NCBI GenBank assembly: GCA_902532475.1
Contig: CACAIE010000001.1
Span: forward strand, 19,062-83,061
Length of the DNA: 64,000 bases
Source: an uncultured SAR116 cluster alpha proteobacterium
GTDB taxonomy: Bacteria > Pseudomonadota > Alphaproteobacteria > Puniceispirillales > GCA-002684695
Direction of reading: 5' to 3'
The position numbers and the translations under genes are program-made. The first letter of the stretch is position 1. Each line of letters opens with the position of its first letter. Below, piece by piece: positions 1-10,111 of the stretch. The notes under the pieces were generated by a model. It made no database searches. It was not told the DNA's origin and saw only the letters and a list, made by a program, of their open reading frames with translations.

Positions 1-1229
1 TTAGCGAACTTAAAATGGTTTTAATGAGGCCTGTCTTTAGTGAGCCTGGTGCAAGGGCTTTTGTTGGGCAGGCTTCTTTATTTGGTCGCTCTGTTGGAGG
101 GAGCCGCTCAATAAGAATAGATGTTACAGGACCAAATATAGATTTGATAGAACCTGTAGTAAGGGAATTGGATGCAGAACTCAGTAGGATTTTTCCAAGT
201 TCTAAAGGTAACCAAATTAGACTTCTACCATCATTAGATTCCGGATCACCTCAGATTTTAATTACACCTGATCCATCTGCCTTAGCCAGAGCTGGTGTTA
301 ATATAAGAGACTTTTCCTCTGCTGTAGATGTTTTTAATGATGGAGCAAATGTTACTCAAATTCCTATTAATGGAGATTTAATTGATTTGGTTGTATCGGG
401 AGTTGATGCCCAAAAACTGACTATAGAAACATTGGGAGATATACCTATTATCACAAGATCTGGGAATATTATGAGTTTAGATCAGTTAGCCTCTATAGAC
501 ATTGTCAGCGCAGCAAGAGAGATAAGGAGACTTGGAGGTAGGCAAGCAATTTCAATTAGAGTAAGACCAGAAGATAGTATTGCATTAGAGGATGCTGTTT
601 CAATTATTGAAAATGATATTATACCTAAAATAAGAGGAAAGGCTTCTGAAAAAGGGGTTTCAATATTTACTAGAGGTGCTGCAAGCGAGTTAGCTAGAAC
701 ATGGTCTTCTATGCAATCCAATGTAATTACGGCTATAGTTGTAATATTTTTGCTTTTGGTGATTTTGCTTAGAAGTTTTGCAATGCCTTTAATTATTTTA
801 TTAGTAGTTCCAGTTGCTTCAACAGGAGGAATTGCTGCTCTTGCTATTTTAAATCAATTTATAAAACAACCATTAGATATGCTAACCATGTTGGGATTTG
901 TAATATTGACTGGTATTGTTGTTAACAATGCGATTTTACTAGTAGAACAAACAGTTCTGCAAGTAAGAGAAGAAGGAATGGATGTGAAAAACGCAATAAT
1001 AGAGGCTACTAGGAATAGAATTCGCCCTATATTTATGTCTACTTTGACATCTCTTTTTGGGTTGGTTCCTTTAGTGATTTTTCCAGGTGCCGGTTCAGAA
1101 CTATATAGAGGGATAGGGATATTGGTTTTTGGAGGGCTTGCTCTGTCAACTATTGCGACACTATTAATTGTTCCTCCTATGCTATCTATTTTTTCTAAGA
1201 GTGTTTCTGGTTCGTCAAATGTAAATTAA
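1..1229 (+). CDS. RND efflux transporter permease (AcrB/HAE-like), C-terminal part; the 5' end lies outside the window
   Basis: The frame is open from base 3, with no in-frame stop upstream of the listed ATG at 15. A periplasmic porter-like segment is followed by a C-terminal bundle of hydrophobic helices (VVNNAILLVEQ, RIRPIFMSTLTSLFGLVPL). It is paralogous to the complete RND gene at 7001-10111. Confidence 0.85.
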   Translation, partial: SELKMVLMRPVFSEPGARAFVGQASLFGRSVGGSRSIRIDVTGPNIDLIEPVVRELDAELSRIFPSSKGNQIRLLPSLDSGSPQILITPDPSALARAGVNIRDFSSAVDVFNDGANVTQIPINGDLIDLVVSGVDAQKLTIETLGDIPIITRSGNIMSLDQLASIDIVSAAREIRRLGGRQAISIRVRPEDSIALEDAVSIIENDIIPKIRGKASEKGVSIFTRGAASELARTWSSMQSNVITAIVVIFLLLVILLRSFAMPLIILLVVPVASTGGIAALAILNQFIKQPLDMLTMLGFVILTGIVVNNAILLVEQTVLQVREEGMDVKNAIIEATRNRIRPIFMSTLTSLFGLVPLVIFPGAGSELYRGIGILVFGGLALSTIATLLIVPPMLSIFSKSVSGSSNVN

Positions 1230-1234
1230 ATAAA

Positions 1235-2176
1235 CTATATATGATTTAATATCAAATAAAGCCAAATAGGCACGGAAATAGTTGAAATAAAAGTGGTAAA
1301 AGTAATTGCTTGAGAACTTTTTATTTCATATTCTTCATATTGATTTGCAAAGACAAAAACATTGGCAGCAACAGGTAAGCAAGCTATTAAAATAGCTGTT
1401 TTCATCCATAAATCTTTTTCTATTGGTATAAGTTGAAAAATTAAAAATACTAAAATTGGATGCAAAATTAACTTAAAAAAACTTATTAGCAGCATATCTT
1501 TATAAATTTTATTAAATTTCATTTCAGATACTAACATTGAACCTAATGATATTAACGCAGTAGGTACTGCAGCATTTGATAAAACCTCAAGGGTATTCTT
1601 TATTACTGGGAAGATATTGATTTCATTTATAGAAATGTAAATGCCTATCATTATCGAAAGTATTAATGGGTTTTTAAATAATAATTTAATGATTTCTAGT
1701 ATTCTATCTAAAAAGGACAGCTTAGATTTAGAAAATGATAAAAACAAAATAGTTAAAGTAATTAATACAAGAGTATCAGAAAATAAAATAAGTGCTAAAG
1801 GTATTGTTGCTTGATAACCAAATACAGTAATTGAAAGTGGTATTCCAATATATCCCATATTTGGATACGAGCAATTTAATCCAAAAATTCCAATTTCATT
1901 TTTATGGGTCTTTATGAGTAAAATTGAAACAAATGCAGAAAAACAGAAGATTATTATAGTGACAGTTTCATAGTTAATAAGAAATTGATAATTAAAATAG
2001 TTATTAAAATTAGCTTCTGAAATTGCTAAGCCGATATAAGCTGGCATAGCTATATAGAATGCAAATTTACTTAACCCAGTATAAAAATTAATATTTAAGA
2101 AGTTAAAATAACGTAGAGCCGCGCCAAGAAATATTAATATAAAAAATGGACTGCATATTGATAAAACAACTAACAT
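1235..2176 (-). CDS. AEC (auxin efflux carrier) family permease
   Basis: 313-aa polytopic membrane protein with two 5-TM halves and an N-terminus (FFILIFLGAALRYFN) typical of AEC/MleP-type transporters. Confidence 0.75.
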   Translation of the reverse strand: MLVVLSICSPFFILIFLGAALRYFNFLNINFYTGLSKFAFYIAMPAYIGLAISEANFNNYFNYQFLINYETVTIIIFCFSAFVSILLIKTHKNEIGIFGLNCSYPNMGYIGIPLSITVFGYQATIPLALILFSDTLVLITLTILFLSFSKSKLSFLDRILEIIKLLFKNPLILSIMIGIYISINEINIFPVIKNTLEVLSNAAVPTALISLGSMLVSEMKFNKIYKDMLLISFFKLILHPILVFLIFQLIPIEKDLWMKTAILIACLPVAANVFVFANQYEEYEIKSSQAITFTTFISTISVPIWLYLILNHI

Positions 2177-2204
2177 TCATTTTTTTGATGGCTAATAGGA
2201 TGCT

Positions 2205-3374
2205 TTAGCCTGAAACACTTACTCTTCTGATGATTATTGAACCTGATGGTTTATTATTAACATTCTCAACAGTCCTTGATGGTTGACTAACCAAGATGGT
2301 TTCAGTGCCAAAATTATCAACAACACTAAGGCGAGCTCTAATTTGACTGCCAACTAAATATTGTCCTAACTCTAAGCTGATGCCCTGAATATTCTCCATT
2401 ACAGACCAACTTCGTCCATCTGTTGAGCTTTCCCATTGAACAGATAAACTTGCAACACCATCTTCATCAGTGATTTGCGATGTGTCAGCCATTAGCATTC
2501 CGTTTTCATTGGCTTCACCTGACAAAACAACTTCACCTTCTACAGGATCATCTAAATTCATTACTATGTCTGAAGGGCTTGAGATCATTACTTCTCTTGT
2601 ATCTTGACCGTCTAAGTAAGCGACAATTGCCCTGTATGCATAATTTACATGCATTTGATCTAGCTTTAAAACCTCGCCGGTTGTATCATCGAAAGCTTGC
2701 CAATCACTTCCTTGTTTAGACCTTTGCCAAATAACTTGCATTTCACCTATGCCATCTTCATCAGATACAGTGCTAGTGTCTACTATTAATGTTGCATCTT
2801 CTTTTGCGTTTCCAACCAATAAAGGCCCGCCTTTTGGCTTGTCATTAACATTTTGAACAGGGTTAGAGGCCGAACTAAATAAAGTTTCTAGATTCCCTTG
2901 TTTGTCTAAAAACGTAATTTGAACTCTTAACACTTGTCCAACATGAGCTTGCCTAGGAGTAAATGATTGTTGTGTAGCTCCAAAAATGTCTATCCATCTA
3001 CTATCATTTGTTTCTTTTTGCCATTGAACATATATCTTTCCAACTCCATCAGAGTCAGAAATTCCCGAAACATCAATTATAAGAGGTTCATCTTCAATCG
3101 CCAAAAATGCGTTTGATGAAGTTTGACCACTATCTGTAGTTTCAGAAGAATTGTTTGAAGATGTCTCAGTGCTAGTAGTTCCAGATGATGTTTCACTTGA
3201 TGAAGCTGCAGTATTGTCTGAACTATTGCTAGTGCTTTCTGTAACTTGTTGACTTTCACTAGAACTATTTGTTTCATTTGAGCCTGATTCGCTATTAGGC
3301 ATTCCGCCAGCAAGTACAAGAGCTGGTGAAGCTATCAAACCTAATAATATAAACAAACGCCTCATTTTAAGCAT
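2205..3374 (-). CDS. Secreted repeat protein: signal peptide, Ser/Thr-rich linker and three cadherin-like ~95-aa modules
   Basis: ORF track gives 2205-3404. I moved the start to ATG 3374 because GGAGG lies 5 nt upstream (TGGAGGAACGA-ATG). Signal peptide MLKMRRLFILLGLIASPALVLA. A 64-aa S/T/N/E low-complexity stretch is followed by three divergent modules carrying SDSDGVG, SDEDGIG and TDEDGVA plus a VxWQ motif. Confidence 0.8.
   Translation of the reverse strand: MLKMRRLFILLGLIASPALVLAGGMPNSESGSNETNSSSESQQVTESTSNSSDNTAASSSETSSGTTSTETSSNNSSETTDSGQTSSNAFLAIEDEPLIIDVSGISDSDGVGKIYVQWQKETNDSRWIDIFGATQQSFTPRQAHVGQVLRVQITFLDKQGNLETLFSSASNPVQNVNDKPKGGPLLVGNAKEDATLIVDTSTVSDEDGIGEMQVIWQRSKQGSDWQAFDDTTGEVLKLDQMHVNYAYRAIVAYLDGQDTREVMISSPSDIVMNLDDPVEGEVVLSGEANENGMLMADTSQITDEDGVASLSVQWESSTDGRSWSVMENIQGISLELGQYLVGSQIRARLSVVDNFGTETILVSQPSRTVENVNNKPSGSIIIRRVSVSG
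2241..3110 (-). repeat. Three tandem protein-level repeats (~95 aa each) inside the secreted protein gene
   Basis: ORF residues 99-192, 193-290 and 291-388 align. The shared pattern is L-x-(V/A)DTS-x-(I/V)(S/T)D-x-DG, then V-x-WQ, then a conserved W, and an ending of N(V/L)(N/D)(D/N)(K)P-x-G. Similarity is at protein level only; I saw no near-identical DNA repeats. Confidence 0.7.
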
Positions 3375-3549
3375 TCGTTCCTCCAGAAATAAACTATTAA
3401 TCATAACATAAATTAATATTATATGATAGATTTATTTAATATATTAACAAATTAGTCAATATTATTGCATTTAATTATAGAATATTATTAATAAATTACT
3501 ATATTTTTTATATTTTTTATATGTAATTGCTTTATTTTGAAGGAAAAAA

Positions 3550-3891
3550 ATGCGTAGTGTCGAAGAAATTAGGAACTCAATTAAAGATTTGATAGAAAAA
3601 GCAGAAAGTGAGGAAGCTATAATAGCTGAAGAACCTAACCACAGTTCTGATAATCAAGAGGCAGGGGTTTCAGTAGGCAATGAACTTTCCAATGAAATTT
3701 TAAACCAAATAAATCTAGAAGTATCAGAGTTTCAGAAAGCATTTAAAGGTCAAGGCGCAGAAGGACTGATTGCTCAATCAATTCGCGATACAATAAGACC
3801 AGTTTTAGAGGAGTGGCTTAAAAACAATTTACCTATAATCGTAAAAGAAGTAGTTGATGAGAAAATAAATGAAATAAGGAAAAATAGCTAA
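3550..3891 (+). CDS. DUF2497 domain protein (PopZ-like, small acidic)
   Basis: 113 aa. An acidic central region is followed by the C-terminal helix IRDTIRPVLEEWLKNNLPIIVKEVVDEKINEIRK. This matches the DUF2497/PopZ C-terminal signature (L-R-P-x-L-x-E-W-L-x-x-N-L-P). GAAGGA lies 6 nt upstream of the ATG. Confidence 0.7.
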   Translation: MRSVEEIRNSIKDLIEKAESEEAIIAEEPNHSSDNQEAGVSVGNELSNEILNQINLEVSEFQKAFKGQGAEGLIAQSIRDTIRPVLEEWLKNNLPIIVKEVVDEKINEIRKNS

Positions 3892-3893
3892 AC

Positions 3894-4478
3894 CTATTTA
3901 ATTTTTTTCCAGTATTGGACTATTTTATTTTTTTCGGGCCTTATTCTTTCTTTAGGCTCTAAGTTCTTACCACCAATATAAATAAAACCAGATATTTTAT
4001 CATTTTTAACATTACCCCCTAGTGCTGCAAGTATTTCTTCATCATATGCATACCATTCTGTTAGCCATTGGGCTGCATAACCTAATGATTGAGCAGAAAT
4101 AAGTATGTTATGACAAACGGCAGCTGAAGAAAGTTGCATTTCCCATAAGGGAATTTTGTCATGCTTAACAGGGCTCGAAATCACACAAATGACAACACCT
4201 GCACGTAAAAACCTGTTTTCTTCATAATTTATTGTCTCATATGAAGCATTAGGATTTAAAATTTTAAACCTTTTTCCAAGGTGATGTTTTCCAAATTCTT
4301 CCCTTGTCTTTCCTTGAAGTATAATGATCTTCCAAGGTGCAAGAGCTCCATGGTCCGGGACCCTAGTTCCAACGGAAATTATATTATTTAGATCAATACG
4401 ATTTACGGTTGATGGCAACATTGTTTTTGCTGTGACACTTCTCCGCTTTAAAAGGAAATTAATGAATGTTTTTGACAT
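3894..4478 (-). CDS. Nitroreductase family protein
   Basis: 194 aa. N-terminal LLKRRSV and VPDHGALAPW motifs and the overall length fit the NADH/FMN nitroreductase fold. Confidence 0.8.
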   Translation of the reverse strand: MSKTFINFLLKRRSVTAKTMLPSTVNRIDLNNIISVGTRVPDHGALAPWKIIILQGKTREEFGKHHLGKRFKILNPNASYETINYEENRFLRAGVVICVISSPVKHDKIPLWEMQLSSAAVCHNILISAQSLGYAAQWLTEWYAYDEEILAALGGNVKNDKISGFIYIGGKNLEPKERIRPEKNKIVQYWKKIK

Positions 4479-4574
4479 GAAAAAGACCTGTTTTAAATAA
4501 AAATACAGAAATTAATAAATACATATATTATAATAAGTTAAATTTAAACAAACTGAATTATATTTTCTTATATT

Positions 4575-6083
4575 TTGAAAACAGATTTTGATATTATTGT
4601 AATTGGCGGTGGTATTAACGGCTCTGGTATTGCTAGAGAGGCTTCCGGAAGAGGGTATTCAGTTGCTTTGCTTGAAATGAATGATTTGTCTAGTGCTACA
4701 TCATCTTGGTCTACCAAATTAATTCATGGAGGGTTGAGGTACATGGAACAATATAATTTTCGTTTGGTAAGAGAGTCCCTTGTAGAAAGAGAAAACCTCA
4801 TGGAAATAGCCCCTAATATTATTAGGCCGTTGAGGTTTGTTATGCCGCATAGCGCCGGTTTAAGACCATCCTGGCTAATAAGGCTGGGATTATTAATTTA
4901 TGATAATATCGCTCCAAGAAGATTTTTACGCTCTTCAAGAATTGTCAAACTAAATAAAAATACTTTAGGTTTACCTCTGCAAGAAGAGTTTAAAAAAGGA
5001 TATGAGTATTCTGATTGTATGGTTGAAGACGCACGTTTAGTAGTCCTTAACGCCATGGACGCTAATAAATATGGTGCAAAAATAATGACAAATACAAAAG
5101 TGATTAAGATAATTAAGAATGATTTTTCCTGGAAAATCATTGCTGAAAATAAAGATCAAAGAAGTACAAAAAAAATAGAATTAACATCTAAAGTCTTAGT
5201 GAATGCTTCTGGCCCTTGGACAAATGATCTGTTATCAAAAATCAACAAAACCAAAGACAATGATAATAATGCTAGGCTCATAAAAGGAAGTCACATTATT
5301 GTGCCAAGGCTTTATGATCACAATAAAGCTTATATTTTTCAAAATAGTGATGGAAGAGTTATTTTTACCATTCCATTTGAAAAGGAGTTTAGCCTTATAG
5401 GCACTACTGACATTCCTTTTAAGGGAAATCCTCTCGAAGCAAAAATATCATTAGAAGAAATTAATTATTTATGTGAATCAGTATCACGTTATTTTAAAAA
5501 TAGAGTATTCCCAGAAGATGTGGTTTGGAACTACAGTGGAGTTCGATCTTTATTGGATGATGGAAGAAAAAAAGCTAAGGATATAACAAGAGATTATTCC
5601 ATCAAATCTGATTATTTAAACCAAAAAATGTGCATTTCAATTTTTGGCGGAAAAATTACAACTTATAGAAAATTATCTGAAGAAGTAATGAAAATTATAG
5701 GTAAATATCTTAATAAACATTCATCTAATTGGACTTCTAAAAGAAGTTTACCTGGCGGTGAATTTTCGCCCCTAGATTTTCAGAATTTGCTTAAAAGATA
5801 TATTCAAAAGTATTCTTTTTTAGATGAACAAGTAGTTGCAAGACTATTCCATTCGTATGGAAAAAACATTGAAAAAATAATAAAAAATAAAAATAATACA
5901 AGGGATTTAGGATCTCATTTTGGCTCTGGGCTATATGAGTGTGAGGTAAGCTGGTTAATAGAAAATGAATGGGTTAAAAAAGCAGAGGACGTTTTATGGA
6001 GGAGAACAAAACTTGGACTATTTTTAAAAAAAGATCAGGTGAAAACTCTTGAAAAACACATCAATTCAAAAGTCCTTGCCTAA
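4575..6083 (+). CDS. glpD: FAD-dependent glycerol-3-phosphate dehydrogenase
   Basis: TTG start. DIIVIGGGINGSGIAREASGRG dinucleotide-binding motif, then STKLIHGGLRY. Length of 502 aa fits GlpD. Confidence 0.9.
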   Translation: MKTDFDIIVIGGGINGSGIAREASGRGYSVALLEMNDLSSATSSWSTKLIHGGLRYMEQYNFRLVRESLVERENLMEIAPNIIRPLRFVMPHSAGLRPSWLIRLGLLIYDNIAPRRFLRSSRIVKLNKNTLGLPLQEEFKKGYEYSDCMVEDARLVVLNAMDANKYGAKIMTNTKVIKIIKNDFSWKIIAENKDQRSTKKIELTSKVLVNASGPWTNDLLSKINKTKDNDNNARLIKGSHIIVPRLYDHNKAYIFQNSDGRVIFTIPFEKEFSLIGTTDIPFKGNPLEAKISLEEINYLCESVSRYFKNRVFPEDVVWNYSGVRSLLDDGRKKAKDITRDYSIKSDYLNQKMCISIFGGKITTYRKLSEEVMKIIGKYLNKHSSNWTSKRSLPGGEFSPLDFQNLLKRYIQKYSFLDEQVVARLFHSYGKNIEKIIKNKNNTRDLGSHFGSGLYECEVSWLIENEWVKKAEDVLWRRTKLGLFLKKDQVKTLEKHINSKVLA

Positions 6084-6992
6084 TCCTTTTTTTAATTCTG
6101 ACAAACCCAGACCAATTAGTATGATAATTAACGCAACAATAAATTGGGAAGGTAGTTTTTCTTTTAGGAGAAACACACCAAATATTATTGCCCAAATAGG
6201 TACTTGATAGTTTACTAAACTTAAAAATGGCGGTCCTTTACGTCTGATCAGAGTTACCTTAATGATTGTAGCCAGTGCAGTAGGAAACAAACCTAAATAA
6301 ATTACTCCTAACAAAGGAAAACCATAGTTAAATTTTGGGATGCCATCTATCATAAGAGCTAGTGGTATAATCAAAATTGAAGCAAATAAAAGAGAGCAAG
6401 ATGTAAAAGAAATAAGGTTTATTGGAGGTGTTAGTTTGGTTACAATTGAACCGCTAGCGTAGCATATACTAGCTAAAATACATGCAAATTGAGCAACAAT
6501 AATTGAATTTTCATTATTGAGTTGCATTGAGTTGGGACCTATTAAAATAATAACTCCTATAAATCCTATTATAAAACCAAAAACTTTCTGTTGTGTCATT
6601 TTTTGATTAGGAACACAAAAATGTGTCATTGGCAGTACTACTAATGGGACCACAGCCATAGCGATCCCAGCAAACCCAGATGAAACTTTAACTTGAGCCC
6701 AACTTAGTAATGAAAATGGTAAAGCATTTGATAATAAGGCCATCCCCAAGCAATGCATTAAAATTTTTTTACCATTAGTATCTGATAATTTAGGTAATTT
6801 ATTTCCAGTAAAATAGCCTATTAAATTTAATATAAGAGCAGCTAAAGATATTCTAATTGCAGCTATTGTAAGCGGTTGGAAGTTTTTTAGAGCTAACTCG
6901 ACACCCATAAATGCCATGCCCCAAATAAGGCCAAGTGAGATTAATAAAAACCAGCTAACAAAGAAATTACTTTTCATCTCTTGAACTTTCAT
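6066..6992 (-). CDS. DMT superfamily (EamA-like) permease
   Basis: 308 aa with 10 predicted TM helices in two EamA-like halves. The 3' end overlaps the glpD 3' end by 18 nt (convergent). An alternative ATG lies at 6977. Confidence 0.8.
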   Translation of the reverse strand: MKVQEMKSNFFVSWFLLISLGLIWGMAFMGVELALKNFQPLTIAAIRISLAALILNLIGYFTGNKLPKLSDTNGKKILMHCLGMALLSNALPFSLLSWAQVKVSSGFAGIAMAVVPLVVLPMTHFCVPNQKMTQQKVFGFIIGFIGVIILIGPNSMQLNNENSIIVAQFACILASICYASGSIVTKLTPPINLISFTSCSLLFASILIIPLALMIDGIPKFNYGFPLLGVIYLGLFPTALATIIKVTLIRRKGPPFLSLVNYQVPIWAIIFGVFLLKEKLPSQFIVALIIILIGLGLSELKKGLGKDF

Positions 6993-7000
6993 TGAAATGT

Positions 7001-10000
7001 TTAGTTTAACGAAGTTTTTCTTGATCTGTAGTTAATTCGGTTAATAAATGATTTAAGAAATTCACTGGTTCCATTTCCAAAAACTATTAAAGCAGGAGTA
7101 GCCAACAAAGTTAAAATCGTTGCAAAAGTTAATCCTCCAGCAATTGTGCTTGCTAATTGAGTCCACCATTGAGAAGAAGGAGCGCCAACAAGAATTTCTC
7201 TTTCCAAAAACTTTATTGTCAATGCGAATACCATAGGTAAAAGACCTAAAATTGTTGTAATAGCTGTTAATACAACGGGCCTAAATCTTAAAAGGCCTGC
7301 TCTAAAAGCTGCGTGTGGCGCATCATAGCCACGTTTCCTAATTTCATTATAAGTATCTAATAGGACAATATTATTATTCACAACAATTCCAGCTAAAGCT
7401 ATAACACCTAACCCTGACATAACTATCCCAAAAGGTCTTCCTGTTAACCAAAGTCCTAAGAGGACACCACCAATAGATAAAACGATCGCCGACATGGTTA
7501 TAAAAGTTTGCCAAAATGAATTAAATTGAACCATTAAAATCATAATCATTAATAAAATTGATAATCCAAAAGATTTTGATAAAAAAGATTGAGTTTCGGC
7601 TATATCTTCATCTTCACCTCCAAATAGAACAATAACTTCATTGTCTAAGGGGTTATTTTTAAGATCTAGTTTGAGTTGCTCAATTAATTTGGAAGATAGA
7701 AGACCTTCTTTAACATCTGAATTAATGTACATAAAGCGTGTCCCATCTTTCCGTTCTATGTCACCACTTTTGGGTTTAGGCTCTAGATTTGCAAAAACAC
7801 TCATGGGAATGTATTGGCCTGAGTAGGAGGGGATTTTTAATTCTTCGAGTCTGTCAAGATTTCTTTGAGAATTTTTAAACCTTAACAATATATCTAATTC
7901 ATCGTCGCTATCATCAGGTCTGTAATCTGAAATTCTTACACCGCGTGTAAGCATTTTTATCATGGTTCCTATCGCCGATATAGAAACCCCATGTTGATTT
8001 GCTGCCTCTCTATTTGTAATCAACATCCACTCAGTTCCTGGCAATGGCCGACTATCAGAAACATCTACAAATCCACCTATTTTTTCCATTCGAAATATAA
8101 TTTCTTCTACAGCTTTTGAGATTTTGCCTATATTTGATCCTAAAATTTCAATCTTAATTGGTTGCCCTCCACCAGGACCAGATTGCTGAGCTTGGATGTT
8201 TATATTAGCACCAGGTATTCCAGAAATTATTTTTCTCATATTATCCATTATCTTTTTTGCGGGGTCCCTATTTTGCCAATCAGAGAAAACAGTTCTAATA
8301 ATACCTATCGAGTCTCTTGGTCCATTAGGTTCCGCTTTTTTTGATCTAGCATATATGATCTCTACTCCACTAGGCTGACCCAATGTAATTTCAGTAGCAT
8401 TTACAATGTTATCTTTTTCTAAAGCTGATAGGTCACCCCTAGCTAAAACTTGGATGTTGGCCTGATCTGGCTCAATATCAGGAAAAAAAGAAACGCCTAA
8501 ACCTGCTTTAATATAACTATAAAAAGAAAACCCTATTATTCCAAAGACTATAAGCATTGTTATAATTGGTTGCTTAATAGAGAACTTTAGCATCCAGCGA
8601 TAAAATCTTGGAGCAGAATTTTGAGAAGTTGATTTTTTTGATGGTTTTTTCCCAACTAACCCCCCTATCACAGGCACAAAGATTAGTGCCATTAAAAGAG
8701 ATGAAAGAAGTACTATTATCATAGTTATAGGCAAATACTTCATAAACTGCCCTACTATTCCTGGCCAAAATAACAAAGGTAGAAAAACCATTAATGTTGT
8801 TGCTGTAGAAGAGGTGATAGGCCAAAACATTCTTGCCGCACCATCTCTGTAAGCGTCCTTTCTATTGATGCCTTTTGATAGCCTCCTGTCAGCGTATTCA
8901 GTCGTAACGATAACTGCATCGACTAATAATCCAGCAACAAGAATTAGAGAAAAAAGTACAATTATATTAAGTGTAATATTTAAAAAACTTAAAACTATGA
9001 AACCCAACAAAAAACTACCAGGTATAGCGATGCCTACTAAAAGAGCATTTCTAAAACCTAAAATTCCTAAAATAATTACCATTACTATTGCTATTGCAGC
9101 AATGACATTATTACCCAATTCACTTAAAATATTTTTAACAGTATTTGATTCATCAAATAAGTAGGAAGCTTTTACATTTTGATCTTGAGATGCTAAATAA
9201 CTATCTATTTCATTTCTGGCTTCTTTTACTAGCTCTATTAGGTTTGAACCTATTCTTTTTTTAATTTCTAGAACCACAGAAGGTTCTCCATTTACTCTAG
9301 ACCAACCCTGTGCTTCTCGAAAAGTTCTTCTTATGGTTGCAATATCACTAAATTTAATTGAAGTGTCATCAGCAGCTTTTATTGGCATATTCATTAATTC
9401 ATCGAGAGTTTCAATGACAGCAGGGACTTTAAGCACCATTCTTCCACCACTCTGCTCCATTGCACCAGCAGTGACCAACTGACTATTTGATGAAACAAGA
9501 CCTATGATTGAATTTGGTGAAAGACCGTAAGCTTCAATGCTTCCTGCATCAATCAATATTTCAACAATTTCTTCTCGATCGCCACCTATCTCAACTTCTA
9601 AAACACCAGGTAAAGATTCAAGTTTATCTTTGAGATTGCGAGCAATCGTTACTAAACTTTGCTCAGGAACTTGACCATATAAAGCCACTGTCAAAATTGG
9701 AAACATTGATATATTGATTTCAGTGATTTTTGGTTCATCTGATTCGTCAGGCAGATCAGGCTTAGCTGCGTCAACCGCTTCTCTTACGTCATCAAGAATT
9801 AGATCGATATTTTCTCCTGCATCAAATTCTAGAGTTACTGATGAATATCCTTCTGTTGAAGCAGAGGTCATTTTATCCAGGCCAGCGATTGTTCTTAAAT
9901 GCTTTTCTAAAGGCTTGGCAAGTAACTTTTCTGCATCATTTGGAGAAATTCCTTCATACCCAACAGAAACATAGGCCATTGGAATGTCGACATCTGGGGT

Positions 10001-10111
10001 CGCTTCTTTTGGCATTTGGTTAAAGGACAATGAACCAAACACAAAAATTATCAAAAGGCCAAGAATTATTGCGTACGGTCTTGAGAAAAAGGCGTCTATG
10101 AACTTAATCAT
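7001..10111 (-). CDS. RND efflux transporter permease (AcrB family)
   Basis: 1036 aa with the 12-TM, two-large-periplasmic-loop architecture and N-terminal FFSRPYAIILGLLIIFVFG. It overlaps the upstream adaptor gene by 8 nt. Confidence 0.93.
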   Translation of the reverse strand: MIKFIDAFFSRPYAIILGLLIIFVFGSLSFNQMPKEATPDVDIPMAYVSVGYEGISPNDAEKLLAKPLEKHLRTIAGLDKMTSASTEGYSSVTLEFDAGENIDLILDDVREAVDAAKPDLPDESDEPKITEINISMFPILTVALYGQVPEQSLVTIARNLKDKLESLPGVLEVEIGGDREEIVEILIDAGSIEAYGLSPNSIIGLVSSNSQLVTAGAMEQSGGRMVLKVPAVIETLDELMNMPIKAADDTSIKFSDIATIRRTFREAQGWSRVNGEPSVVLEIKKRIGSNLIELVKEARNEIDSYLASQDQNVKASYLFDESNTVKNILSELGNNVIAAIAIVMVIILGILGFRNALLVGIAIPGSFLLGFIVLSFLNITLNIIVLFSLILVAGLLVDAVIVTTEYADRRLSKGINRKDAYRDGAARMFWPITSSTATTLMVFLPLLFWPGIVGQFMKYLPITMIIVLLSSLLMALIFVPVIGGLVGKKPSKKSTSQNSAPRFYRWMLKFSIKQPIITMLIVFGIIGFSFYSYIKAGLGVSFFPDIEPDQANIQVLARGDLSALEKDNIVNATEITLGQPSGVEIIYARSKKAEPNGPRDSIGIIRTVFSDWQNRDPAKKIMDNMRKIISGIPGANINIQAQQSGPGGGQPIKIEILGSNIGKISKAVEEIIFRMEKIGGFVDVSDSRPLPGTEWMLITNREAANQHGVSISAIGTMIKMLTRGVRISDYRPDDSDDELDILLRFKNSQRNLDRLEELKIPSYSGQYIPMSVFANLEPKPKSGDIERKDGTRFMYINSDVKEGLLSSKLIEQLKLDLKNNPLDNEVIVLFGGEDEDIAETQSFLSKSFGLSILLMIMILMVQFNSFWQTFITMSAIVLSIGGVLLGLWLTGRPFGIVMSGLGVIALAGIVVNNNIVLLDTYNEIRKRGYDAPHAAFRAGLLRFRPVVLTAITTILGLLPMVFALTIKFLEREILVGAPSSQWWTQLASTIAGGLTFATILTLLATPALIVFGNGTSEFLKSFINRINYRSRKTSLN

